Positions 16,342-25,095 of a stretch of 58,128 nucleotides of DNA are shown here, piece by piece (position 1 is the first letter of the stretch; each line of letters opens with the position of its first letter). The notes under the pieces were generated by a model. That model saw only the letters and a program-made list of their open reading frames with translations, did not search any database and was not told the origin of the DNA. The translations under genes and the position numbers were made by a program. Source of the stretch: a virus; IMG/VR virus record IMGVR_UViG_3300014488_000003, positions 1 through 58,128 of that record; one strand, 5' to 3'.

Positions 16342-19300
16342 AGTTCGTCTCTACGCACCACCACACCACGTTCTCGTACCAGGACGGGCACGGAACGCCG
16401 GAGGACCACGCGAAGCGGGCTGCCGAACTCGGTATGTCCGCTCTCGCGGTTACGGACCACGGCAACGTCTCGGGCCACGTCGGGCTAGAGAAGGCAGCAA
16501 CGAAGGCCGGGATCAAGCCGCTCTTCGGGCTCGAAGCCTACACCGCAATGACGGACAAGTCCAACCGAAAGTTCCATCTTACCATACTCGCGATGGACGA
16601 AGGCGGATACCGTAACCTCAATCGCCTCACCACGGACTCTTGGGAGGACTTCCACCGATGGCCGACTGTTCGCGGGAAGCACCTTGCTGCCCACCACGAG
16701 GGCCTGATAGTTCTCTCTGGGTGCAGCGACTCTCTGCTTTCCTGCTCTCTGCTGGGCGGGAAGGCGATCAGCCCGGAGAACGCCAGCTGGGACCGGGCTC
16801 TTCGATACGCGAGCCGGATGAAGGATCTCCTCGGTGATCGGTTCTATCTGGAGTGCCAGATGTTTCCGGAGCTACCGAGAACCCTCAACCTCAATACCGC
16901 CTTCGAGCGTATGGGGAAGCTCCTCAAAATCCCGCTCGTTGCGACGGCTGACGTTCACACGCTCCGCCCCGGAGACAGCAAGCTTCGAGCGCTCCTCCAC
17001 GCGGCAGGCCGGGGCAATAACACGATAGCGCAACAACTCTCCTCGTGGGAATACGATGTGCCGGACTACACCCCCATGAGCGACAAGGAGGTATACCGGC
17101 GCATGGTTGCTACCGGGCTGACCCCGGCCGCAGCACGAGAAGCCTGCCGTAACACTATGGAGATAGCAGAACGATGTAACGTAGTCCTTCCGAAGGCGAG
17201 GCAGTTCCGATACCCCTGTGCCGATCCGGTGCAGGAGCTTTGGGCTTGGCTTCGAGAGGGCTGGGCCTACCGGGTAGCACAGGGCAACCGGCGCATGGTA
17301 AAGAAGAAGGCGGAGTATGAAGCGCAGATCCGTATGGAGATGGAACGAATCCTGGAGAAGGGATTTGAGAGCTACTTCCTTCTGGCCTCTGATCTCATCA
17401 AGTTCGCCAAGAGCCAAGGAATTGCTGTTGGGCCCGGTCGTGGTTCCTCCGCAGCCTCGGTCGTTTGCTATCTTCTTCGCATCACAGAGCCTGACCCACT
17501 GGCCTTCCCGCTCACAGACTTCTCAAGGTTTGTCGATCCGACTCGCGTTGATCTACCGGACATCGACACCGACTTCGACGACTCGCGACGGCACGAGGTA
17601 CGCGCGTACGCGGTCAAGAAGTTTGGCGCGTCAAACGTCGCGAACATCGGTACCTTCACAAAATACAAGGGAAAGAACAGCCTTGATGATGTGGCGCGGG
17701 TGCACCGAATTCCGAAGGTGGATATAGAGGTAGTGAAGGGCATGATCGTGGAACGCTCGGGCGGAGACTCCCGGGCGGACGCGAGCCTGGTCGATACCTT
17801 CGAGATGTTCCCTACAGCTAAGGCGATCCTCAACAAGCACCCCGCGCTGGAGCAGGCGATCCGGCTGGAGGGCAACTACAAAGGGATGTCGGTTCACGCG
17901 GCCGGTCTCGTGATCACCGATACCCCCATCAGCGAGATATGTGCGATGTATACCCGTGAGGAACGGAAGACCGGCGAACGGCTAACGGCTGTCTCGGTCA
18001 ACAAGTATGACGCTGAATACCTGAAGCTTATGAAGTTTGATCTCCTCGGCCTCTCCACGATGGGAACTCTTTCGACTATCCTAGGATGGCTCGGCTGGAG
18101 CCTTGAAGATCTCTATGCGCTACCGTATGACGACCCTGAAACCATTGACGCTTTTAGGAGAGCGGATGTCGTCGGCATCTTCCAGTTCGAAGGACGTGCA
18201 ACCCGGCTTGTGTGTCGGGACATCAGACCCGATACGTTTCTTGACCTTATCGACATCAATGCCCTTAGTCGGCCTGGCCCGCTATTCTCGGGGACGACGG
18301 CTGAGTATATTGATGTTAAACATGGGCGTAGAGAAGCCATGCGTATACACCCTGTTATCGATAGAATCGCGAAAGGCACCCGGGGACAGATCATCTACCA
18401 AGAGCAGATCCTTCACGCGCTCGCGGAGTTCGGTGGGCTAAGCGTCGGGCGGGTACACGAGATCCGGCGCATCATCTCGCAGAAGCTCGGTGAGGCTCAG
18501 TTCAACACGAGTGCCACCGACTTCGCGGAGAACGCGATGCGGCTGCACGGGGTGAGCCGGGAGACCGCGATGAAGGTCTGGGAGCGGGTTGTCACGTCCG
18601 CCTCATACGCCTTCGTTTACTCGCACTCGCTCAGCTATACCATCATCGCCTACTGGTGCATGTACTTCAAGATCCACCACCCCGCTCAGTTTTATGCGGC
18701 CCAGCTGCAGAAGATGAAAGAGGAGAAGTGGCCCCGACTCATTAAGGACGCCGAGAAGCATGGGGTGAAGGTGCTGGGTGTACAGCCGGGACGCTCGGGC
18801 CTAAATTGGCTTCCAGTCTCCGACCACGAGATAGCTGCGGGTTGGAAGACCCTCAAGGGAATCGGCCCCTCGAAGGCTGACGCGATCATGGAGTATTTGG
18901 AGGAGCACGAGATCAAGCGGGTCGAAGACCTCTTGAATGTGCACGGGATTGGGCCCGGCATTCTCGCCAAGATGCGGGATCAGATTGAAGGAGATGATCC
19001 GTTTGGCCTCCGGGCGGTAGAGCGAGCGCTTAACGCCGTGCGTGCGGAAATCAAGGACGGCTCGATCCCCCTTAGCCCGCCCACGGTGCGGAGCGACGAC
19101 ATCCTAGACCTCCCGGGCGATAGTGACGTAACATGGATCGGAATGGTGCGGCTGAAGGAGTTCAAAGACTACATAGAGGACGAGCGGGCGCGCTCCGGCC
19201 GGACCCCCGAAGAGATCAAGCGCGAGATGTGGTGGCCCGACTTACCAACCTCCTGTGTCCTGCACTGTCACGACGATGGCGACGAAGATGTGTACGTTCG

Positions 19301-19451
19301 TGTCAAGCGGCAGGACTATCCCAAGTTCCAGGCCGGACTGGAGGCTATCCGCGTAGGGCGGGACGTGATCTATGTACGCGCCCGCAAGTCGCAGAACTCC
19401 TTCGGAGCGAGCCTCTACGTGAAAGACTTGATCGTGATCAACCCGGACTAG
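16338..19451 (+). CDS. dnaE: DNA polymerase III alpha subunit (DnaE-type)
   Basis: PHP domain start FVSTHHHTTFSYQDGHGT...LAVTDHGN, palm/fingers region and HhH near the C-terminus. GTG 16338 preferred over 16266. Confidence 0.95.
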   Translation: MKFVSTHHHTTFSYQDGHGTPEDHAKRAAELGMSALAVTDHGNVSGHVGLEKAATKAGIKPLFGLEAYTAMTDKSNRKFHLTILAMDEGGYRNLNRLTTDSWEDFHRWPTVRGKHLAAHHEGLIVLSGCSDSLLSCSLLGGKAISPENASWDRALRYASRMKDLLGDRFYLECQMFPELPRTLNLNTAFERMGKLLKIPLVATADVHTLRPGDSKLRALLHAAGRGNNTIAQQLSSWEYDVPDYTPMSDKEVYRRMVATGLTPAAAREACRNTMEIAERCNVVLPKARQFRYPCADPVQELWAWLREGWAYRVAQGNRRMVKKKAEYEAQIRMEMERILEKGFESYFLLASDLIKFAKSQGIAVGPGRGSSAASVVCYLLRITEPDPLAFPLTDFSRFVDPTRVDLPDIDTDFDDSRRHEVRAYAVKKFGASNVANIGTFTKYKGKNSLDDVARVHRIPKVDIEVVKGMIVERSGGDSRADASLVDTFEMFPTAKAILNKHPALEQAIRLEGNYKGMSVHAAGLVITDTPISEICAMYTREERKTGERLTAVSVNKYDAEYLKLMKFDLLGLSTMGTLSTILGWLGWSLEDLYALPYDDPETIDAFRRADVVGIFQFEGRATRLVCRDIRPDTFLDLIDINALSRPGPLFSGTTAEYIDVKHGRREAMRIHPVIDRIAKGTRGQIIYQEQILHALAEFGGLSVGRVHEIRRIISQKLGEAQFNTSATDFAENAMRLHGVSRETAMKVWERVVTSASYAFVYSHSLSYTIIAYWCMYFKIHHPAQFYAAQLQKMKEEKWPRLIKDAEKHGVKVLGVQPGRSGLNWLPVSDHEIAAGWKTLKGIGPSKADAIMEYLEEHEIKRVEDLLNVHGIGPGILAKMRDQIEGDDPFGLRAVERALNAVRAEIKDGSIPLSPPTVRSDDILDLPGDSDVTWIGMVRLKEFKDYIEDERARSGRTPEEIKREMWWPDLPTSCVLHCHDDGDEDVYVRVKRQDYPKFQAGLEAIRVGRDVIYVRARKSQNSFGASLYVKDLIVINPD

Positions 19452-19485
19452 CGGCAGTAATATTCGATCGAATAAGGTTGTGCAC

Positions 19486-19824
19486 ATGGGAATTGATAGG
19501 AAGGCAATCTACACCCCTCGTAAGGGGGAAGTCCTCTTCATCCGGGGAAGCGTCATGGCAGATGGTCATCAGAGGACAACCCAGTGGGGTTTTCAGATGA
19601 CCGGTAACGGAATCTGGACCCCCGGAGCTGACTACAACATGCAGCTCATCGGGAAGATCATCGGCGCCAACTTCGCAGCGGCCGAGGACGACCGGATAGC
19701 CCAGCAGCGGAGGAGCATCGACTTGATGCTTGATCACCTCAGGGACCACTGCCCGAAGCTCATGGGCACGGGTGACTGCGTCCACATCGGCACTCCGGAA
19801 GGGATCGCTCGTGGCAAGTCCTGA
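19486..19824 (+). CDS. hypothetical protein
   Basis: ATG (or GTG 19480) after a 14-bp palindrome. 112 aa. Confidence 0.6.
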   Translation: MGIDRKAIYTPRKGEVLFIRGSVMADGHQRTTQWGFQMTGNGIWTPGADYNMQLIGKIIGANFAAAEDDRIAQQRRSIDLMLDHLRDHCPKLMGTGDCVHIGTPEGIARGKS

Positions 19825-20905
19825 ATGGTTGGAGTACCACCGCGAATCCCGCCCGTACAACAGGCTGTCGGGCCCAATCTACTCCCGCAACATCATCAGT
19901 GCTCACCCACCCAAGCCCGGCTTCCTGGAGGATAACTCCTTCAACGACCATGGCAAGAACGACGGCACCCATGTCTCGCCGTACGACGAAGGCCGGGTGC
20001 TGGCTGGGCTCGATGGCTTGGAGGTCCGGCTGATCCAGGGGATCGACGAAGAATCCTTTCGGCGTGTGCTCTCCCGAGCGCTCCGCGCAACAACGGGGAT
20101 CTCTCCGAAAGAGCCAGAGGAGCCGACCGACGCGGACGAGATGATGCGTGGTGGGCTGCAGGCTGCTCTGGAGACTCAGGTCCTCGTCTTCGAGATCCAC
20201 GGCGCGTCCCGCGCTCTGACCCATCAGCTGGTACGTACGCGCAAGGCCGGGTTCCACCAGCAGTCGCAGCGGGCCACGTGGTATGGTGACCGGCCGAACG
20301 TACGCTGGCCGGAGAGCGTTGTCAACCCCTCGGGCGGGCGAACCGAAGAGGCCCTGGAGCTGTTCACCGCTTGGGAACACGCGCAGCAGATGGCCTGGCG
20401 CGCCTACCGCATGGCCTGCGACGCCGGGGTCAGCTATCAGGACGCGCGCTTCATCCTCCCCGAGGGAACCACTAACTACATCCTCTGCGAGTACACCGTT
20501 CGCGAGTTCATCAATGTCTACGCCTACCGTGCCTGCTCAATGTTCATGTGGGAAATGGTCGGCGTAATGCGGGAGATGCGCCGGGTACTCGTGGAGGCCC
20601 ACCCGTTCCTGGAGCCTTACATCAAGATCAGCTGCGAAAAGGGCAGTCTTTGCAATATGTGCAAGGGATCTGGATGGATATTCTGGGACGACGGAACGGC
20701 AGCCGACCCGATCGAGGTCGCAAAGATCCAAGAAGGCGATCCCAACCCCTTTGCTCATTGCCCAGAGTGCAAGGGGAATGGCTCCCGCGAACGCAAGTGC
20801 ACGTTCCAAGGCTGGGAGAACGTGGAGGGTCAGTGCGACTTTCCCTGGGCCAAACAAACCAACCGGGTGTTCCTCCCGACACCCCGCTATCGGATTGGGA
20901 AGTGA
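19811..20905 (+). CDS. thyX: divergent flavin-dependent thymidylate synthase ThyX fused to DnaJ-type CxxCxGxG zinc fingers
   Basis: ThyX-like signature RTRKAGFHQQSQR (consensus RHRxxSxxxxSxR). C-terminal CNMCKGSG and CPECKGNG. GTG after GGAAGGGA. Confidence 0.8.
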   Translation: MASPEWLEYHRESRPYNRLSGPIYSRNIISAHPPKPGFLEDNSFNDHGKNDGTHVSPYDEGRVLAGLDGLEVRLIQGIDEESFRRVLSRALRATTGISPKEPEEPTDADEMMRGGLQAALETQVLVFEIHGASRALTHQLVRTRKAGFHQQSQRATWYGDRPNVRWPESVVNPSGGRTEEALELFTAWEHAQQMAWRAYRMACDAGVSYQDARFILPEGTTNYILCEYTVREFINVYAYRACSMFMWEMVGVMREMRRVLVEAHPFLEPYIKISCEKGSLCNMCKGSGWIFWDDGTAADPIEVAKIQEGDPNPFAHCPECKGNGSRERKCTFQGWENVEGQCDFPWAKQTNRVFLPTPRYRIGK

Positions 20906-22251
20906 TGGAAGAATTCAAGTTCAACAAGCCGGAGGGGCAATACCTCCTGCTGGACGACGCGATTCGCCAGGCACTGGAGGCTGTAGCCCCTGCAGGGATG
21001 GTGGGGGAGGAGTTCATCCATACGGTCGGCAAGCAGCTGGCCGAGTTCGTCAACGACTACGCGGTCAAGACAGCGCCGGTTTCCGATGCACAATCCACGC
21101 TGGACGAGATCCTGAACGGATTCGCTGAGATCTTCCCGAACGAGGGCTGGACGACCGAGCCGCACCCCGAGATCGGAGACATGGGTGAGGAGACCGCTTC
21201 GCTTGTCCTGAGACGGGTGAAGCTGCTGAAGTCGCATCAGGAGATGTCGGATGAGGCCGTCACTCAGTTCAAGAAGATCCTGGTGAGCGAGACCGAGCGG
21301 CTGCGCAGCTTCCTGCAAGCCGACCGCGACCGGCTGAACCAGGCGCTGCTGGAGCTGTTCCCGCATGAGTTCACCGAGGGCATGCTGCAGGCGGGCATCG
21401 AGACGACTGTCAACCGGGTGATCCGGAAGCTGTGGGAGCAGAAGAACTTCGCGGACGGAGGTGGGGCGCACGTCGCGGCTATCTCCGAAGAGCTGCAGCG
21501 CCTTCGCCGGGTCCTGGAGTGCGTGACTATGGCTGCGGACGGCACGTTGCCCGAGGCGCATCTACCGGAGTTCAAGGAGGGACACCCGCACTGGAGCGAG
21601 GCGGCGCAGAAGGTAATCGACCTCCGGGCGAGCGCGGCTTCAGCCATCCTCATGGCGAACCAGCGGAATACCAGGGCGAAGAGGTTCCACACGCCCGAGT
21701 TCTTCGCGCAGATCCACTACACCGCGTATGCTCGGATGTACAACCAGATCAACGGCGATAGCCTCCCCGACTGGGATCACCTTACCCCGCCGAACCGGAT
21801 GGAGCTGATTGGGCTCGCGACCGTCATTCAGCAGATGCATTCCGAGGCCATGGACGGCCATGGCCAGGAAGAAGACCCCATCGTGCTACAGCTGATCGAG
21901 GAGGGAAACATTCTCACCCGGGCGGTGGATCTTCTCGTGGATCTCCGGAAGGGCGAGCCGTACAACCAGCTGTCACAGCTGGATGCGTGGCTGCAGGAAG
22001 CCTGGCCTACCATGGTGATCCAGCACAACGACCCGGCCATGGACGCCGTTCGGCGAGCGCTGGAGCTGCTGAAGCTGATGCGGACCTACTGGCCCGAGTA
22101 CACCCGGCAGACGTGGGAGAGCGTGATTCGGCCCTCGATCCACACGCTCTCGGTGCTCGGGATCGACATCCTCCCCAAGGGCACCATCGTGTACGGCGCT
22201 CAGCCCCACAGTCACTCGCACGGAGAGGGTCACCATCATCATGACCACTAA
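20905..22251 (+). CDS. hypothetical helical protein with His-rich C-terminus
   Basis: TGATG overlap with thyX. Ends HSHSHGEGHHHHDH. Confidence 0.75.
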   Translation: MEEFKFNKPEGQYLLLDDAIRQALEAVAPAGMVGEEFIHTVGKQLAEFVNDYAVKTAPVSDAQSTLDEILNGFAEIFPNEGWTTEPHPEIGDMGEETASLVLRRVKLLKSHQEMSDEAVTQFKKILVSETERLRSFLQADRDRLNQALLELFPHEFTEGMLQAGIETTVNRVIRKLWEQKNFADGGGAHVAAISEELQRLRRVLECVTMAADGTLPEAHLPEFKEGHPHWSEAAQKVIDLRASAASAILMANQRNTRAKRFHTPEFFAQIHYTAYARMYNQINGDSLPDWDHLTPPNRMELIGLATVIQQMHSEAMDGHGQEEDPIVLQLIEEGNILTRAVDLLVDLRKGEPYNQLSQLDAWLQEAWPTMVIQHNDPAMDAVRRALELLKLMRTYWPEYTRQTWESVIRPSIHTLSVLGIDILPKGTIVYGAQPHSHSHGEGHHHHDH

Positions 22252-22399
22252 CCGTGACAAGGTTAGCTCCTGGGTGGTGATAGGGATCGTCGTGGCCGGA
22301 GCGGCAATCGTGTTCTGCCTCTGCGGCGGACAGAACGTTACAGTCTGCGACGGGAAGATCACTACCGTCCAGCGCGGGCAAAGCTGCCCGGAGAAGTGA
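22241..22399 (+). CDS. small membrane protein (52 aa)
   Basis: ATG overlaps the upstream stop. SSWVVIGIVVAGAAIVFCLC. Confidence 0.45.
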   Translation: MTTNRDKVSSWVVIGIVVAGAAIVFCLCGGQNVTVCDGKITTVQRGQSCPEK

Positions 22400-22554
22400 G
22401 ACTTCGCTTTAGGCCGCTGCTTCCGGTTAGCGAACTGGACTCGCCTTTCAACAGGGGTTGGCGATTCTGGGTTGCAGTTTCGGGGGCAGCGGTCCTCTCA
22501 ATCCTGATACTTAGCCATCTGGCTATCCTACTCAGCCTGATTGGATTGCTATGA
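22396..22554 (+). CDS. possible small membrane protein (52 aa)
   Basis: GTGA overlap upstream and ATGA overlap downstream. FWVAVSGAAVLSILILSHLAILLSLIGLL. Confidence 0.35.
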   Translation: MRLRFRPLLPVSELDSPFNRGWRFWVAVSGAAVLSILILSHLAILLSLIGLL

Positions 22555-23051
22555 CTGATCTAAATGACCTCGCCCGAGAGATCCACGCCATCTCGATCGA
22601 CAAGGGCTTCTGGCCCGAACTGGAGCGTGAAGGGGTTGTCAAGCCCTGGGGGCCTGGGGGTCGCAACCCCTTCGAAGTCCTCGCGCTGATCCACTCCGAG
22701 GTTTCGGAGTGTCTGGAAGCTATGCGCGACAGGAAGTGGGAGTCTTCTGTCTCGTGGCATCCGACAGCTAATACTCCGCCCTGGACTCAAGAGGAAGGTA
22801 ACTTTGAACTAGGGCCTGACGGGGTGCGATACTGTCCGGCTGGTTCCGATCGTCAGGTTGAGGTCACTGACGAGATGATGCGCGCCTGGGGATATGTTCC
22901 TAAGCCGGAGGGGGTACCCAGCGAGCTAGCCGACATTATCATTCGTGTGCTGGACGCCTGTGCCGGTTGGGATATCGATATCCAGACGGCCGTGGAGCTG
23001 AAGATCCAGTACAACGCCACCCGCGAGTACAAGCATGGGAGGGCCGCATGA
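22551..23051 (+). CDS. MazG-like nucleotide pyrophosphohydrolase
   Basis: LIHSEVSECLEAMRD and ELADIIIRVLD helices. C-terminal KIQYNATREYKHG. Confidence 0.8.
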   Translation: MTDLNDLAREIHAISIDKGFWPELEREGVVKPWGPGGRNPFEVLALIHSEVSECLEAMRDRKWESSVSWHPTANTPPWTQEEGNFELGPDGVRYCPAGSDRQVEVTDEMMRAWGYVPKPEGVPSELADIIIRVLDACAGWDIDIQTAVELKIQYNATREYKHGRAA

Positions 23052-23338
23052 GCCAGGAAGTTAGCTTCACCGCGATACCAGCACCAGCAGGGGTGCGGAC
23101 GCTTGCCGAGATCCGGGCTGAGCGAGGAGATTCGGTGCACGGCTTCGCGCTGATCGTTACCGGGGCGATTACTGGCGAGCACAGGGCCGCCTACACAGCA
23201 ATCATCCGCGACCGCGTGGACGAAGCTATGTCGGCTATCGAGCGTGACTCAGCCGGAGCCGTAGAGCTAACCGGCCTCGCGCTCCGGGTCGAGACGGCCG
23301 AGGCTTATACGAAGGCGGGGCTGCCGAATGCTGGGTAA
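23048..23338 (+). CDS. hypothetical protein
   Basis: ATGA overlap. 96 aa. Confidence 0.6.
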   Translation: MSQEVSFTAIPAPAGVRTLAEIRAERGDSVHGFALIVTGAITGEHRAAYTAIIRDRVDEAMSAIERDSAGAVELTGLALRVETAEAYTKAGLPNAG

Positions 23339-23732
23339 CGCTGTGAAGGTCTACGCCGACGAGTTCGGCGGGTTCCAGGTGGGCCGGTTGCCCACAGAGC
23401 AGGTCGAAGCAAGGCTATGCTGCGCACGGGGCTGCGACCGGCTCGGAAAGGTCCAGATTGACGTTCCCGGTGGATATCGGGTCGTCTGCGGGCGGCACGC
23501 TGTGCTCGTGCTGATGATGACGCTCGGGCTCCTAGGCGATCCGTCACCGGTATCTGAAGTCCGTGAGTACGCGGAACAGCTAGGCGTGGACTGGCAACTT
23601 CTTCTTCAGGCTGAGCCGATCCACCCGACCCTGCCCGAGAACTTCTCCTGCCTCCGGTGCGGCGGGAAGTATCTCGCCGAGACCATCGGGATGTTCAGGG
23701 GAACACGCTACATACACAACTGTGGAGAGTGA
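23328..23732 (+). CDS. hypothetical Cys-rich protein
   Basis: ATG after AAGGCGGGG. Cys clusters CCARGC, VCGRH, CLRCGG. Confidence 0.6.
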   Translation: MLGNAVKVYADEFGGFQVGRLPTEQVEARLCCARGCDRLGKVQIDVPGGYRVVCGRHAVLVLMMTLGLLGDPSPVSEVREYAEQLGVDWQLLLQAEPIHPTLPENFSCLRCGGKYLAETIGMFRGTRYIHNCGE

Positions 23733-23977
23733 AGAGATTGATCACCATACAGCTAACGGTCTACGTCCTGAGCGACTGCGAAGGCGAACCCGGCACAATC
23801 GGAGTCTTCGGCAATCGATCAGCGGCCGAGGTGAAGGGGGTTGACGTCTGGATCAAACGACACCCCAAAGAATTCGGGGAAGTCATGTGGAATGGCGGAG
23901 TCCTCGTCAAAAAGAGGGCCGATCGAGACGGCTGGGAGAACACCAGCTTCAGAATCGAATCCTGGAACGTGGAGTAG
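23729..23977 (+). CDS. hypothetical protein
   Basis: GTGA overlap. 82 aa. Confidence 0.55.
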   Translation: MKRLITIQLTVYVLSDCEGEPGTIGVFGNRSAAEVKGVDVWIKRHPKEFGEVMWNGGVLVKKRADRDGWENTSFRIESWNVE

Positions 23978-23986
23978 GAGTTGACG

Positions 23987-24304
23987 ATGACTGAATCCGA
24001 CTGGACTAAGAAGCAGCCGATGCCATTGGCGGTGATCCCCGAGACCCAACTCATTCCTCCGCTCCTCAACGAGGTCAACTGCGGGCCGTGTCAGTTTAGC
24101 GCGAGCGCGGTCGATCCGGAGGTCTTGGAGCGGATGTTCCGGGATCACAACTGCGAGCCCTTCAAGCTCGACCCGGAGCCGCCCCGGTGGCACGAGAGCG
24201 TCTTCAAGTTCCTTCGCACCTTCGTCGGCTGGGCCGGGTTCGTGGCATTGGCGTACATACTCGTTGCGGCTGATGGCCGCCTGCCCTGGCTATGGACGAA
24301 TTAG
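23987..24304 (+). CDS. hypothetical protein with C-terminal TM segment
   Basis: ATG 7 nt after AGGAG. FVGWAGFVALAYILVAA. Confidence 0.6.
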   Translation: MTESDWTKKQPMPLAVIPETQLIPPLLNEVNCGPCQFSASAVDPEVLERMFRDHNCEPFKLDPEPPRWHESVFKFLRTFVGWAGFVALAYILVAADGRLPWLWTN

Positions 24305-24885
24305 AGAGTTGGGTTGCGCCGGTGCGGCCTTCGATCCGGAGGGCTGCGCCGGTCAACCCGGAGAGCATGGGTTTCGACTTCGCCGATCCCTGCACCACGA
24401 TCATCTGGTTTGATCAGGGCGGGACAACAGGATGGACGGTGTTCAATATCTGGCCCGAGGCGCTGACGGAGCCCGACGTCAAAATCCTCGCCAACATAGC
24501 CTCCTGGTCAGCTGGAGAGTTTACCGGCTCTGAAGCGGAGATGACTGACGCTATGATGGATCTTATCGACGCCTGGAGTGAGAATGCTCTGGTGGGGTAT
24601 GAGGATTTCATCCTGCGCACCTTCTCAATGGGACGGGAGTTGCTTTCGCCGGTCCGGCTCGGTGCTCGACTCGAAGACCGGATGTACCGTGAACAGCGAA
24701 TGTCCCAGCTTCAAAAGCCTCAGCAGGCCTCCCTGGCTCTCAAAAAGGTTACAGACGAGAGATTAAAGCGGTGGGGCTTCTGGGATCTCCTTAAGGGGCA
24801 AGAACACGCCCGGGACGCGGTACGGCACGCGATCACCTTCGCTAGCAGGCTCAAGGAAATCAACCTCAAGGAAGCCGCGCGGTAG
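24292..24885 (+). CDS. RuvC-like Holliday junction resolvase
   Basis: IIWFDQGGTTGW (first catalytic Asp strand), YEDFIL and ARDAVRHAITFA are consistent with a RuvC/RNase H fold. Confidence 0.7.
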   Translation: MDELESWVAPVRPSIRRAAPVNPESMGFDFADPCTTIIWFDQGGTTGWTVFNIWPEALTEPDVKILANIASWSAGEFTGSEAEMTDAMMDLIDAWSENALVGYEDFILRTFSMGRELLSPVRLGARLEDRMYREQRMSQLQKPQQASLALKKVTDERLKRWGFWDLLKGQEHARDAVRHAITFASRLKEINLKEAAR

Positions 24886-24927
24886 AATCGGCTCCTTATC
24901 CGATCGAATATTCAAGATGGAGCGACC

Positions 24928-25095
24928 ATGGGCGTTGGTAGGCCAGGGATTGGCCCTAAAGAACAGGCGTCAGTCCCGCCCGAGGTGGCTGACTGGATCA
25001 CCGAGGAACAGAAGCGCCGGGGTGAGCGCGACCGGGCGGTGATCGTACGCGAGCTAGTTACGGCTGGATATGAAGCCGTGAGGAGCGAATCGTGA
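24928..25095 (+). CDS. hypothetical small protein, possible ribbon-helix-helix (55 aa)
   Basis: GTGA overlap with the primase gene. Too short for the ORF track. Confidence 0.5.
   Translation: MGVGRPGIGPKEQASVPPEVADWITEEQKRRGERDRAVIVRELVTAGYEAVRSES

Noticed and set aside
19446-19457. Recurrent TAGCGGCA after stop codons (19449, 30946, 31969, 56179) as a read-through or termination signal
   Set aside because: Another copy (15004) lies in frame inside the UDG-like gene. The sequences downstream of the copies share no structure. The support is too weak to claim a function.
20548-20904. N-terminal extension of ORF 20548..22251 and the long versions of 16266, 19730, 14927, 15692, 41370, 34970
   Set aside because: The extensions overlap the 3' ends of upstream genes in another frame. 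Internal starts with RBS or stop-start overlaps (20905, 16338, 19811, 15200, 16022, 41538, 35033) fit far better.
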